A DNA stretch of 64,000 nucleotides, from the NCBI GenBank assembly GCA_033763315.1, contig JANRKS010000021.1, forward strand, positions 32,001 to 96,000. The letters run 5' to 3'. Position 1 is the stretch's first letter. The number at the start of each line of letters is the position of its first letter. The notes under the pieces are model-generated. The model ran no database searches. It saw only the letters and a program-made list of their open reading frames with translations, and was not told where the DNA came from. Positions 47,556 through 57,883 of the stretch are shown here, piece by piece. The position numbers and the translations under genes are program-made. Source of the stretch: Deltaproteobacteria bacterium. GTDB lineage: Bacteria > Myxococcota_A > Polyangia > Fen-1088.

Positions 47556-49005
47556 ACGGCTCGTGCAGGGGCGCGGCTTGCAAAGGCAAGCCAAGATCGC
47601 GCAGGGCCTGTTCGGTCTCGTCCCACAAGGGAGCCAACCGCTTGTGGCGATTGACAACCGCGGGCGGCCGCATCAGACCAGCAAGGTATGCGAGCATATG
47701 CGTGACGCTCCACCGTCCCAGAGCACGGTTACGCGCCATGAATGTGGATGACGGTGCTTGAGAGCGGCAGTGTTCGCGGGCGAGCTCAAACGCCTCGTAG
47801 TGTTTCGCAATCGCCCTTTGCGGCGTACACAACGATTGGGCTCGGCGCCGCGCCGCCTCCGAAACAGCGCGGCGGCGAACCGGGTTCATAAGCAATGACA
47901 AGGTGGCCGCAGCGAACGCTAGATTGGCCTGCGTTTCGGGTTGCGGCTCAATCAACATGCCGGTCTCGTCATCTTCAATTTGGTGGCTTACCCCCATACC
48001 ATCGGCAAACGCGACAGCCGGCAAACCACACCACGCCGCTTCACTTATCACCTGCCCATACGTTTCTGACAGCGACGTGTAGACGAAGAGATCCGCGTGG
48101 CGGTACCAAACAGGCGCCATGCTCGCGGCGCATTCCCCAGGGAAGAAGGTGCGGTGGGCCACGCCCAGTTCATGCGCGAGGGCGCGAAACGCGTCGTGGT
48201 CGGGGCCGTCGCCCACCAACGTCAATGTGGCGTCGGGCGCATAGGGAGCGATTTGCTGCGCGAAAATACAGAGCAGCCGAGCGATGGCTTTTTCGCGTGT
48301 ATGGCGGCAGAGCACCAGCAAACGTCCGCCGCGTTTGGCTGTGGGATCGAAGGGATCGCTGTCGCCGGGGGCCTCGAACATTTGTACGTCGATGCTTCGG
48401 GGAATGACAGAGATGGGCACGTGAACGCCGCGGTCCTGCCAGTAGTGCTTCAGCCCCTCCGACAGCACGATCAGTCCGTCGCTGCGGTTGTAGGTTGCCG
48501 CCGCTTGCTTTTCCAACTTCGGAACCGCCCATTGCTCCAAGAACCGGCGCACGCGCGCGCTGCGGTTCAGCCAATCCGGAAGTACGACGTTGTAAACACT
48601 AGGGAGGTGAATGGTGTTCACGCAAAGAAACGGCACGCGCTTCGCCAAACGTAAGAACACGCCATACTCAGTGAACGCCGATCCTGTTTGGCCCAAGAGC
48701 ACATCGAAGTCGGCCTGCACGCCCGCACGCAGCGCCGCCCGCGACGGCAACGGCAGCTGAACACCGGGATGATTACGCAACGGAATGGCCGGCACCATGA
48801 GATGCCGCCGAGGCAACTCACGAGCGGTTGCCAACGGATCATGGGGCCCCACGACGGTCACTTGATGCCCGCGCCTCACAAACTCCCGATAGAGGCGCTG
48901 CGAAGCGAATGACGACCCGTTCGCGTAGGGAATCCTCACGTAGTCATTGAGGATACCGATGTGGTGCGGCCAAGCGGGCCCTTGTGCCTCTTGCATGGGT
49001 GCCAT
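47545..49005 (-). CDS. GT4 glycosyltransferase
   Basis: NDY...NGSS, RHTREK, LVGDGP, SETYGQVISEAAWCG. Confidence 0.88.
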   Translation of the reverse strand: MAPMQEAQGPAWPHHIGILNDYVRIPYANGSSFASQRLYREFVRRGHQVTVVGPHDPLATARELPRRHLMVPAIPLRNHPGVQLPLPSRAALRAGVQADFDVLLGQTGSAFTEYGVFLRLAKRVPFLCVNTIHLPSVYNVVLPDWLNRSARVRRFLEQWAVPKLEKQAAATYNRSDGLIVLSEGLKHYWQDRGVHVPISVIPRSIDVQMFEAPGDSDPFDPTAKRGGRLLVLCRHTREKAIARLLCIFAQQIAPYAPDATLTLVGDGPDHDAFRALAHELGVAHRTFFPGECAASMAPVWYRHADLFVYTSLSETYGQVISEAAWCGLPAVAFADGMGVSHQIEDDETGMLIEPQPETQANLAFAAATLSLLMNPVRRRAVSEAARRRAQSLCTPQRAIAKHYEAFELAREHCRSQAPSSTFMARNRALGRWSVTHMLAYLAGLMRPPAVVNRHKRLAPLWDETEQALRDLGLPLQAAPLHEPYVA

Positions 49006-49092
49006 TGTTTACCCGAGGGGCACGCCCTCAACTGTGACAATATGGTTCATCAGTAACGGCCCCCGCCCCGTCAATGTCACACAGCTGGCAAA

Positions 49093-50298
49093 TCACGCCA
49101 CGGCGCCCGCGACAGGCTGAGTGGGTTCAAGGCGGCGCGTGCCCTTGTGGACCAACGCTTCGTGATAGGCGTAGCTCAAGCGGCGCAGCACGGCCGGCCA
49201 CGTGAGGTGCCTCAAGATGTACGCGCGGCCTCGCTCACCCATGACTTCGCGATCGGCGCGAGAATGTAGGAGCAGCATTTCCAGAGCGCCCGCAAGCGAG
49301 ATCGCGTTGGCAGCCGTAAAGGTGACCCCGCACCCACTCTTCTCTACGAGATCTTTCACAGCGCCAGCGTCAGCTCCCACAACCGGCGTGCCGCACGCCA
49401 TCGCTTCGGCCGTCACAAATGAAAAGGTTTCGGCGTGGCTCGGCACAACCACGGCCGTGCTTTGGCTGAGAAGCTCGGCCATCTCTTCTCGCCGGGTGAC
49501 CGGCTCGTGCACGCTTAGCCAGGGGCGGTCTTGAGCTGCCATCGTGAGCTTTTTGCGCAAGGGCCCCTCGCCCACGAGCCTCAGCCGCGCACCGGTGCGC
49601 GCGTGGACCGACGCAAACGCGTTAAGCAACAGCGGCAGTTCCTTGTCTCGTGTGAAACGTCCTGCGTAGGTCACGAAAAGTGCAGCACCTGAATCACGCC
49701 GCCGCGGCGCAAACGTATCCACATCCACACCCAAGCCGACGTTGTGTACCCGATGGATGTTGTGCTCGGCCGCCGCGTCTTGCATGTGCCCAGAGGCGAC
49801 CAGCGTGGCGTCGTAGTCTTCGTGCTGCCACGCCGCAAACCGCCACATGACTCCAGACAACACATCCGCACCGAGGTTCCACGGCAGCATCGCCGTGACA
49901 TTTTGGACCACCTGCCTTGGATGGCTGTGGAAGAACCCAACCAATGCCGGTGGAATTGGCAGCGACGCAACGGCGCGCTTAACCATGTACGGCAGATGGT
50001 AGTGACTGGCCAACTCCACAACGTCGGGCTCCAAATCACGAAGCTTTCGCTCAAGGCCGCCATTGAGCGCAAAGCGGCGATAAGAGTCGTTGCCTGCAAG
50101 CAGCGGTCCCTCAAGCTCATGCAGCCAGCCGTTGCCGAACGGCGTAACGCGGGTAACGGGGCCGGGCACAACAAAATGGCACTCCACGCGCTGGGGGTCG
50201 AGAAACCTTGCCTTCTCGGTGTAGTAGCGTTTGATACCGCCACATGAACTCGAGAAGAAGCTGCTGACGTCGACCACGCGAATGCTTTGCAAGGACAT
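49093..50298 (-). CDS. GT4 glycosyltransferase (MgtA-like)
   Basis: GGIKRY, LGVD...F, YAGRFTRDK, ETFSFVTAEAMACG. Confidence 0.88.
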   Translation of the reverse strand: MSLQSIRVVDVSSFFSSSCGGIKRYYTEKARFLDPQRVECHFVVPGPVTRVTPFGNGWLHELEGPLLAGNDSYRRFALNGGLERKLRDLEPDVVELASHYHLPYMVKRAVASLPIPPALVGFFHSHPRQVVQNVTAMLPWNLGADVLSGVMWRFAAWQHEDYDATLVASGHMQDAAAEHNIHRVHNVGLGVDVDTFAPRRRDSGAALFVTYAGRFTRDKELPLLLNAFASVHARTGARLRLVGEGPLRKKLTMAAQDRPWLSVHEPVTRREEMAELLSQSTAVVVPSHAETFSFVTAEAMACGTPVVGADAGAVKDLVEKSGCGVTFTAANAISLAGALEMLLLHSRADREVMGERGRAYILRHLTWPAVLRRLSYAYHEALVHKGTRRLEPTQPVAGAVA

Positions 50299-50465
50299 CG
50301 TGCCACGACTGTTAGCGCAACGGACGCACATCATTGCGTGACAATTTGGAACACTCGCGCGACAAAATATTCACACGCAAGACGTCCGTCTCTCAACTTC
50401 GTCGCCAGCTCGTTGCTATGTGGTCATAAAAACGTCTTACGTGTGCTGCATCTTGGCCTGGCACC

Positions 50466-51524
50466 GTGAACGTTGAAGCCGGTCTTCAGAATCCAGCGCT
50501 GTCAGCACCGCCCACCATCCGTGGGTGGCGTGTGGTGGGCGTCGCCGCTGGCATCGCTGCAGCCACATACCTTGCGGCCCAAGCTGATTGGAGCAAAGCC
50601 CGGCTGCTGCTGAACCACATGGGCGCTTGGGCGCCTTTGGTGGTTCTTCCGTTTCTGCTAGCGATGTGCCTGGGAACCATCGCGTGGCGGCTCTGCCTGA
50701 TTCAGCTGGGCAGGCGCTTGCCACTTTCTGCATTGCTCCGCGTGCGCATCATGGCTGAGATGGTGATGACCGTGGTGCCTGGCGGCGCCGTGATCACCGA
50801 AACGCTGAAACCGGTGTGGCTGCGCCGACGTTTCGGCGTTGAACTGGGCGACGGCGCCGCAAGCGTCGTGCTAACCAAGGCGCTCATTCTGCAAACAGCC
50901 GGTGCCTATTGGCTGTTGGCGTTGCTCTTGGCGTACCCACGCTGGGCTTCTGCAGGCGTCAGCATCGCTGGGCCCCTGCGCTGGGTTTGGCAAGGCCTGC
51001 CGGCCCTTGCCCTTGTAATGTGCGGCCTCGGTTGGCTGTTGATGCGGACACTCAAAACAGGCAGCGCCATGAAGCTGCTGCACAGTCTGTTCCGCCGCGT
51101 ACCGATTCCACCGCTACAGCGCGCGCTGGCCAAACAAGATCACCTCATGGCCGCAACCCACGGAAGCTTCGTCCGCTTCTTCGGTGACGGCGCCAATGCG
51201 GTGTGGTTGTGGGGCTTTGTGTTCACCCTGGGGCAATGGTTCGCCGAAGCGGTCGAGACGTTCTTGATTCTCCGGCTGCTCGGCGTTCACATTTCACCGA
51301 CGGACGCCCTGCTGGTGGAAAGCCTCTTGTCCACCGTCCGCGCGTTGGTGTTCTTCCTTCCTGGCGGCCTTGGCGCGCAAGAAGTGGCCGCGTTCTTTCT
51401 CTTTCAATTGGTGGGCGTTCCAAACGCAGAAGCAAGCACCACGGCGTGGGCTTTCACCAAACGGTCAAAAGAAGTTTTCTGGATCGTCACCGCAATCGGT
51501 CTCGGCTTGGTGAAAAGAAGGTAG
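50466..51524 (+). CDS. Lysylphosphatidylglycerol synthase TM-domain (flippase-like, HpnL/AglD2-type) protein
   Basis: AWR...RIMAE...PGG...E..K, FLPGGLGAQE; multi-TM. Confidence 0.8.
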   Translation: MNVEAGLQNPALSAPPTIRGWRVVGVAAGIAAATYLAAQADWSKARLLLNHMGAWAPLVVLPFLLAMCLGTIAWRLCLIQLGRRLPLSALLRVRIMAEMVMTVVPGGAVITETLKPVWLRRRFGVELGDGAASVVLTKALILQTAGAYWLLALLLAYPRWASAGVSIAGPLRWVWQGLPALALVMCGLGWLLMRTLKTGSAMKLLHSLFRRVPIPPLQRALAKQDHLMAATHGSFVRFFGDGANAVWLWGFVFTLGQWFAEAVETFLILRLLGVHISPTDALLVESLLSTVRALVFFLPGGLGAQEVAAFFLFQLVGVPNAEASTTAWAFTKRSKEVFWIVTAIGLGLVKRR

Positions 51525-51526
51525 TC

Positions 51527-52531
51527 ATGGCGCCAAGAGTTCTCTTTATCTGCGGCTCGCTCAACCAGACCCGACAAATGCACAAAATCGCGCAGCGCCT
51601 CCCTGGTTGCGAAGCCACCTTCTCTCCCTACTACTGCGACGGCCTCGTTGAACAGCTACGGCGCACCGGCATCCTTGAATTCACAATCTTGGGCTGGCGG
51701 CGACGCAAAGAGTGCCTCCGCTACCTGCGTCAGCATCGCTTGCCACTGGACCACGAGGGCAAGCGCGGCCCGTACGACCTCGTCGTCACGTGTTCGGACG
51801 TCATCATTCCTCGCAATATCAAGGCCTCGAGGGTGGTGGCGGTCCAAGAGGGGATCACCGATCCGGAACAGTTTTGGTATTGGGCGCGCCGGATCTTTCC
51901 CTTCATTCCACGGTGGACGTCTGGCACAGCGTGGACAGGCACTTCAAACGAATACGATCGCATGTGTGTCGCAAGCGAGGGCTACCGCCAGCTGTTCGCA
52001 AAGCGTGGTGGTGACGCCACAAAAATGGTGGTTACCGGCATTCCGAACTTCGACAACTGCCAGGAATACTTCATTAACGACTTCCCTCACCATGGCTACG
52101 TTTTGGTGTGCACGTCAGACGCACGTGAAACCCTAAAATTTGATAGCCGCGCGCGGTTCCTAAAGCGTGCGCTGCGGATCGCCGCTGGGCGCCGTCTCAT
52201 CTTCAAGCTTCACCCCAATGAGGATTGGAACCGCGCCACCCAAGAAATTAAAGCGGTGGCTCCCGAGGCACTCGTCTTCACCACGGGATGCGCCGAGGAA
52301 ATGGTGGCGAACTGCAATGTTTTGGTTTGCCAATACTCCACGCTTGCCTTTGTGGGTGTGGCGCTCGGCAAGGAAGTGCACAGCTATTACAAACTGGACG
52401 AGCTGCAGCGTTTGCTGCCCGAGCAGCATGGACGCGCGGCAGAAGAGATCGCCAAAGTGTGCCGCGGCGTGCTTGAGCTCTCACCGGATCATCTCGCAAA
52501 CCCCTTCACTTCAGTGGGAGTGACAGCATGA
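51527..52531 (+). CDS. GT-B-like protein, putative CMP-ulosonate (sialyl-type) transferase
   Basis: VQEG and FKLHP motifs, VTGIPNFD, YSTLAF.G...GK; first gene before the cytidylyltransferase. Confidence 0.5.
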   Translation: MAPRVLFICGSLNQTRQMHKIAQRLPGCEATFSPYYCDGLVEQLRRTGILEFTILGWRRRKECLRYLRQHRLPLDHEGKRGPYDLVVTCSDVIIPRNIKASRVVAVQEGITDPEQFWYWARRIFPFIPRWTSGTAWTGTSNEYDRMCVASEGYRQLFAKRGGDATKMVVTGIPNFDNCQEYFINDFPHHGYVLVCTSDARETLKFDSRARFLKRALRIAAGRRLIFKLHPNEDWNRATQEIKAVAPEALVFTTGCAEEMVANCNVLVCQYSTLAFVGVALGKEVHSYYKLDELQRLLPEQHGRAAEEIAKVCRGVLELSPDHLANPFTSVGVTA

Positions 52532-53337
52532 AGATTGTGGGTGTCATTCAGGCTCGCATGGGTTCCTCTCGCTTGCCTGGCAAAGTTCTTATGCCTTTGG
52601 GCGGAGCGCCCATGCTTATGCGCATGTGGGAACGCGTGCGGGCCGCGCATGCCCTCGACGACGTCGTCATCGCCACAACCACTGACGACGCCGACAACGT
52701 CATACGCCAGTTGTGCCAGCAGAACGATGTGCCTTTCGTGGCGGGGCACCCCTTGGATCTTCTTGATCGCCACATGCAGGTTGCGCGGGTGCACAAGGCA
52801 GACGCCATCGTAAAGATTCCCTCGGATTGCCCCCTCATCGATCCGCGCATTATCGACAAGGTGGTCACTTTCTACGGCGACCACGCTGGCGCTTATGACT
52901 TCGTATCGAACCTTCACCCTGCCACTTATCCCGATGGCAATGATGTTGAGGTGGTTCCGGTTCATATCCTGGAACAAGCCCACGCGGAAGCCACAAGGCC
53001 ACACGAGCGTGAACACACGACGCCCTTTATCTGGGACCAACCCGAGCGTTTCAGGATCGGCAACGTGGTTTGGGAGACCGGCCTCGATTACTCCATGAGC
53101 CATCGCATGACCGTGGATTACGCCGAGGACTATGAACTTGTGCGCGCCGTGTTCGAAGCCCTGCACAGAGAGGGCGAGGCGCCGTTCTCGCTGGGCGACA
53201 TCCTGCAGTTCCTCTCGAAGAACCCTTCGGTATTTCAGCTCAACTCTCACTTTGCCGGCGTGAACTGGTATCGGAACCACCTGCCGCACCTGCGCACCGT
53301 CACGCGACGGCAAACCGTGGTGTTCGAAGACGATTAG
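52528..53337 (+). CDS. SpsF-like cytidylyltransferase
   Basis: IQARMGSSRLPGKVL, SDCPLIDP, REHTTP, RMTVDY.ED. Confidence 0.88.
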   Translation: MKIVGVIQARMGSSRLPGKVLMPLGGAPMLMRMWERVRAAHALDDVVIATTTDDADNVIRQLCQQNDVPFVAGHPLDLLDRHMQVARVHKADAIVKIPSDCPLIDPRIIDKVVTFYGDHAGAYDFVSNLHPATYPDGNDVEVVPVHILEQAHAEATRPHEREHTTPFIWDQPERFRIGNVVWETGLDYSMSHRMTVDYAEDYELVRAVFEALHREGEAPFSLGDILQFLSKNPSVFQLNSHFAGVNWYRNHLPHLRTVTRRQTVVFEDD

Positions 53338-53343
53338 GAGACT

Positions 53344-54192
53344 ATGGAACGCGACCACATTGATTTGGCAGCAACCGCACTTCGGGTGCGCGAGCACATT
53401 GTACGCATGTCTGGCGGCGGTGGGTGCTTCATTGGCGCCTCGCTGTCGTGTGCGGACTTACTGGTGCATCTATATTGCCGCGTGCTGAGGCAGGCAAGCG
53501 TCGATGACCCCGGGCGCGATTATCTGTTGCTATCCAAGGGGCACGACGTGCCGGCCCTGTATGGCACCTTCGCTGAGCTGGGCATAATTCCCAAGGAGCG
53601 CCTGCAGAACCACTTGAGCGTCGACGACAACCTCTACTGGCATCCAAACCGTGCCATACCGGGCGTTGAGTTTCACTCTGGCTCGCTTGGCCACTTGCTG
53701 TCCGTGGGCATTGGCGTAGCCATGGATTTCAAGCTTCGCGGCTCGGAGCAACGTGTGTTCGTGTTGCTTGGCGACGGAGAATTGAACGAAGGCTCCATTT
53801 GGGAAGCGCTGCTGGTGGCGCAGGCGCACAAGCTGGACAACCTAATCGCCATCGTGGATCGGAACCAGTTCCAGGCAAACATCGCGACTGAGGATCTGAT
53901 TCCACTTGAGCCGCTGGGCGCCAAGCTGCGTGCCTTCGGCTGCGACGTCATCGAAGCCGATGGCCACAACTTCTCTGCCTTGGACGAAGCTTTTGCCACG
54001 CTCAAGAAGCACAGTGCGCGCCCCGCCGTTGTGGTCGCTCACACGGTTCGCGGCAAGGGCTTGCCAAGCATTGAGCGGCGCGCCGATCGCTGGTTCGTGC
54101 GCTTTTCAGCAAATGAAGTCGAACAACTTCTTAACGAGCTGCATGGCCTGCACAACGCTGCGCTCACAGCAGAACCTTTGATGGTGCGATGA
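53344..54192 (+). CDS. Transketolase, N-terminal (TPP-binding) subunit
   Basis: LSKGH, SGSLGH, GDGELNEG..WEA, DRN, TVRGKG. Confidence 0.9.
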   Translation: MERDHIDLAATALRVREHIVRMSGGGGCFIGASLSCADLLVHLYCRVLRQASVDDPGRDYLLLSKGHDVPALYGTFAELGIIPKERLQNHLSVDDNLYWHPNRAIPGVEFHSGSLGHLLSVGIGVAMDFKLRGSEQRVFVLLGDGELNEGSIWEALLVAQAHKLDNLIAIVDRNQFQANIATEDLIPLEPLGAKLRAFGCDVIEADGHNFSALDEAFATLKKHSARPAVVVAHTVRGKGLPSIERRADRWFVRFSANEVEQLLNELHGLHNAALTAEPLMVR

Positions 54193-55157
54193 TGTCGAAT
54201 CTAACAACCCAGTCGTACGAAGATGTGCTCGGGCAAATCGCAGAAGCGGACGAGCGCGTGGTGGTGATGACCGCCGAGAACCGCGCGGCGATTCGGAATC
54301 TGCCCCAACGTTTGGGTGGCCGGTTCATCGACGTTGGCATCTGCGAACAAACGATGTTGGGTGCTGCTGCTGGCCTCGCCTTGCGTGGGCGTGTGCCAGT
54401 GGTGCACGCCTTGGCCGCCTTCTTAACGATGCGTGCGTTCGAGTTTATCCGCACGGACGTGGGCATCGCACACTTACCCGTCAAGATGGTCGGCGGCGTT
54501 CCCGGCGTTCTGTCGGAAGCGAATGGCCCCACCCATCAAGCGATCGAAGACGTGTCGCTCATGAGGGGCATTCCAGGCGTGCAGGTGGTTTGCCCCGCGG
54601 ATGCGCAAGAGCTGGCCGCCGCATTGCCGTCAATCATGGCCAGCCCCAACCCTTGCTATATCCGGCATAACAACCTTCCTGCGCGGGTGCCTCACCAGCC
54701 TTATGAGTTGGGGCACGCCGAACGGCTGACGGAGGGAAGCGACGCCGCCATCTTAACGTATGGAGCCTTGGTGGGCGAAGCGTTTGAGGCGGCGGCGCTG
54801 TTGCGTGTCCGAGGCATCAACGTGCGCGTGGTGAACCTGCGCTCACTTGTGCCACTTGACACAGCCGAGGTGGACGCGGCGGCGCGTGACTGCGCCATGC
54901 TCATCACTGTCGAAGACCACTTTCTCACAGGTGGCCTGTTTACGATCCTCGCAGAGCACTTCATTAAGCGAGGCCAATGCCCGCGCCTCACACCCATCGC
55001 CTTCGTCGAACGCTGGTTTCGACCCGCCCTGCTTCGCGACGTGCTCGAGTTCGAGCGCATGGACGCCACTGGGCTGGCCAACAGAGTCGCAAGTGCCCTT
55101 TCTGCAGTCGCTCCAGGGCGTCTCGTCAATCCAGGAGTCATCAATGCGCACGCTTAG
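54189..55157 (+). CDS. Transketolase, C-terminal subunit
   Basis: DVGICEQ, GPTHQAIED, TVEDH...GG. Confidence 0.9.
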   Translation: MMSNLTTQSYEDVLGQIAEADERVVVMTAENRAAIRNLPQRLGGRFIDVGICEQTMLGAAAGLALRGRVPVVHALAAFLTMRAFEFIRTDVGIAHLPVKMVGGVPGVLSEANGPTHQAIEDVSLMRGIPGVQVVCPADAQELAAALPSIMASPNPCYIRHNNLPARVPHQPYELGHAERLTEGSDAAILTYGALVGEAFEAAALLRVRGINVRVVNLRSLVPLDTAEVDAAARDCAMLITVEDHFLTGGLFTILAEHFIKRGQCPRLTPIAFVERWFRPALLRDVLEFERMDATGLANRVASALSAVAPGRLVNPGVINAHA

Positions 55158-56520
55158 TGAAGAGTCTCGCTTACCCGACATCACGCGTTCCAATGAGCTT
55201 TGGGCGCGCGCACAACGGCTCATCCCTGCGGGAACCCAGACGTTGGCGAAGGGTCCCACCCAACACGTGAACGGCGTGGCCCCGAAGTATCTTGCCAAGG
55301 GGAGCGGCGCCACCGTGTGGGACGTCGACGGCAACCAATTCACGGATTTCACGATGGGCGTGGGGCCACTGATCCTGGGCTACACCCACCCGGAGGTGGA
55401 TGAAGCGATCAAACATCAGCTGGCGGACGGGATCACGTTCTCGCTCATGCACCCACTGGAAGTGGAGGTGGCCGAGCAGATCAAACGCTTGGTGCCGGGA
55501 GCCGAGAGCGTCCGCTTCTCAAAGACAGGATGCGATGTCACCACAGCGGCCGTTCGGCTGGCGCGTGCGTTTACAGGGCGCACCAAAGTCCTGTGCTGCG
55601 GCTACCACGGTTGGCACGATTGGTACATCGCCACCACCGATCGGTCGGCGGGCATCCCCGACGCCACAGCAGAGCTGACATACACGTTCGCCTACAACGA
55701 CCTCGCGTCGGTTGAGCGTTCGTTAGATGCCGACACGGCTTGCGTGATTTTGGAGCCCACCGTTTTCGAGGCGCCGGCGGCTGGATTTCTGCAAGGACTC
55801 GCGGACCTTTGCCACGAGCGCGGCGCCTTATTGATCTTCGATGAGATGTGGACAGGTTTTCGCCTGGCCCTAGGTGGCGCACAAGAGCGCTTCGGTGTCA
55901 CGGCTGACCTTGCGTGCTTCTCAAAGGCGGTCGCCAACGGTATGCCGCTGAGTGTTCTGACCGGACGAGCCGATGTTATGCAGCTGCTTGAGAAGGACGT
56001 GTTCTTCTTCACAACGTTCGGCGGCGAAGCTCTCTCATTGGCCGCAGCCCATGCCACGTTGCAGGTGCTGGAGCGGGATCGTGTGCCGCAACAACTCGAA
56101 AGCCTGGGTCTGCAGCTAAGTGAAAGGTTCGCGGGCGTCGCGCGGGAAATGGAAACACTCTTCGTGCGTTGCGTGGGATACGGCGCCCGCACCATGCTGA
56201 CCTTTGCGTCTGAAGGTGTTGCCGCCGGCGCGTCCCCCCTGCTGCAAAAGTCCTTCGTGCAGCAGGAGCTCATCCGTCAGGGCATCTTGTGGACTGGGTT
56301 TCACAACCTCTGCGCGGCGCACACACAAGAGGACGTTGAGCACCTTTTGGCGGCGTACCGTATCGCGCTTTATCGCCTTCGCAGCGCAATCGTGGCCAAC
56401 ACGCTCAGCTCGTCGCTGCTCGGCGCCCCGCTTGAGCCGGTTTTTCGGCGCACAAGCGGCTTTCATACCAAACCCAAACCCGCGTCGCCCCCGATGCCGG
56501 CGCCCAAGGAGACACGTTGA
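55144..56520 (+). CDS. Class III (GSA-aminomutase-like) aminotransferase
   Basis: WDVDGN, YHGWHDW, LIFDEMWTGFR, FSKAVANGMP, TTFGG. ATG 55144. Confidence 0.9.
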   Translation: MRTLSEESRLPDITRSNELWARAQRLIPAGTQTLAKGPTQHVNGVAPKYLAKGSGATVWDVDGNQFTDFTMGVGPLILGYTHPEVDEAIKHQLADGITFSLMHPLEVEVAEQIKRLVPGAESVRFSKTGCDVTTAAVRLARAFTGRTKVLCCGYHGWHDWYIATTDRSAGIPDATAELTYTFAYNDLASVERSLDADTACVILEPTVFEAPAAGFLQGLADLCHERGALLIFDEMWTGFRLALGGAQERFGVTADLACFSKAVANGMPLSVLTGRADVMQLLEKDVFFFTTFGGEALSLAAAHATLQVLERDRVPQQLESLGLQLSERFAGVAREMETLFVRCVGYGARTMLTFASEGVAAGASPLLQKSFVQQELIRQGILWTGFHNLCAAHTQEDVEHLLAAYRIALYRLRSAIVANTLSSSLLGAPLEPVFRRTSGFHTKPKPASPPMPAPKETR

Positions 56521-56522
56521 CT

Positions 56523-57359
56523 ATGGCAAAGGAAGTCTATGCGGGATCGGATCGATTCGCGCTTGAGGGACGCGTGGCGATCGTCACGGGCGCGTGCGGT
56601 CTTTTGGGTGAGCAGTTCTGCCAGGCCCTGCTTGAAGCCGGTGCACACGTCGTGGTGGCTGATATTGACGGCGATCGCGCTCAGGAGGCAGCCCGCGGTC
56701 TGGTGAAGCAAGGGATGGGCGCAGCGATCGGGGTGCAACTCGATGTTACGCGCAAAGACTCTCTGGAAGCCGTAAAAGACACATGCTTGCGAGAGTTTGA
56801 TCGCATCGATGTGCTTGTGAACAGCGCGGCCATCAACGATCGGTTTGACGAAGGTCAAGCGGCCGAGCAATCGCGCTTCGAGTCGTATTCGTTGCAGGCC
56901 TGGCAGCAGCAGATTGAGGTCAACCTCACGGGCTCATTCCTGTCGTGCCAGGTGTTCGGCGCGGCCATGGCGGCGCAAGGCCGCGGCAGCATCATCAACA
57001 TTGGTTCCACGTATGGACTGGTCGCGCCCGTGCAGGAGATTTACCGCCGGCCTGACGGCTCGCAGCTGTTCTTCAAGTCGGCGGGTTATGCGGCCAGCAA
57101 GGGCGGCGTGGTGATGCTGACCCGCTTTGTTGCCACATATTGGGCTCATCGAGGCGTGCGAGCCAACGTGTTGTGCCCGGGCGGCGTCGCACAAAACCAA
57201 GACGCACATTTTGTTGAACAGTATTCGTCACGTACGCCTATGGGACGCATGGCAGAGCCCCGTGAAATCGCGGGGGCTGCCGTATTTTTGGCGAGCGACG
57301 CTGCCTCATACGTCACGGGCGCAGTGTTCTCCGTGGATGGCGGATGGACCGCATGGTGA
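56523..57359 (+). CDS. SDR oxidoreductase (PtmA-like)
   Basis: TGACGLLG, VNSA, GSTYG, YAASK, PGG, VDGG. Confidence 0.9.
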   Translation: MAKEVYAGSDRFALEGRVAIVTGACGLLGEQFCQALLEAGAHVVVADIDGDRAQEAARGLVKQGMGAAIGVQLDVTRKDSLEAVKDTCLREFDRIDVLVNSAAINDRFDEGQAAEQSRFESYSLQAWQQQIEVNLTGSFLSCQVFGAAMAAQGRGSIINIGSTYGLVAPVQEIYRRPDGSQLFFKSAGYAASKGGVVMLTRFVATYWAHRGVRANVLCPGGVAQNQDAHFVEQYSSRTPMGRMAEPREIAGAAVFLASDAASYVTGAVFSVDGGWTAW

Positions 57360-57883
57360 ATACGGCTATACCTCTCGATGAACTGCGTCGACGCGCGCGC
57401 ACCATCGCAGTTGTGTTTACGGATTGCGACGGCGTGTTGACCGATGGCAGCGTTTACTACGACCGGCAAGGTGAGAGCATGCTGCGGTTCTCCCGCCGTG
57501 ACGGCATGGGTGTCGAACGGCTGCGCGCGCAAAGCATCGAAGTCGCGATTTTGACGCGCGAGACGTCACCGATTGTTGAACATCGTGCGGCCAAGCTAAG
57601 CACCCGGCTGTTCGCTGGCGTCAAAGACAAGCGCGCTGCGTTTCCGGCCCTTTTGCGTGAGATGTATGCGCAGGTCGAAGCCTGCGCGTTCATAGGGGAC
57701 GACGTCAATGACCTGGACTTGCTTCGTTACGTAACGTCGATGGGCGGCCTAAGCGGTGCACCCGCAGACGCGCGACCCGAGGTTCGAGACGCCGTTCTGT
57801 TTGTGACCGAAGCGCCTGGAGGCGAAGGCGCGTTCCGAGAATTTGCTGAGTGGATACTTCAACTGCGAGGAGCAACATCATGA
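57353..57883 (+). CDS. KdsC-family HAD phosphatase (Kdo-8-P/KDN-9-P phosphatase-like)
   Basis: DCDGVLTDG, DGMG, GDDVND, GG.GAFRE. Confidence 0.9.
   Translation: MVNTAIPLDELRRRARTIAVVFTDCDGVLTDGSVYYDRQGESMLRFSRRDGMGVERLRAQSIEVAILTRETSPIVEHRAAKLSTRLFAGVKDKRAAFPALLREMYAQVEACAFIGDDVNDLDLLRYVTSMGGLSGAPADARPEVRDAVLFVTEAPGGEGAFREFAEWILQLRGATS

Noticed and set aside
53344-55157. Calling the split transketolase housekeeping tkt or dxs
   Set aside because: It is the short two-subunit type embedded in a glycan operon.
55144-56520. Calling the aminotransferase hemL (tetrapyrrole synthesis)
   Set aside because: The YHGWHDW variant and the sugar-nucleotide operon context point to a sugar-pathway paralog.
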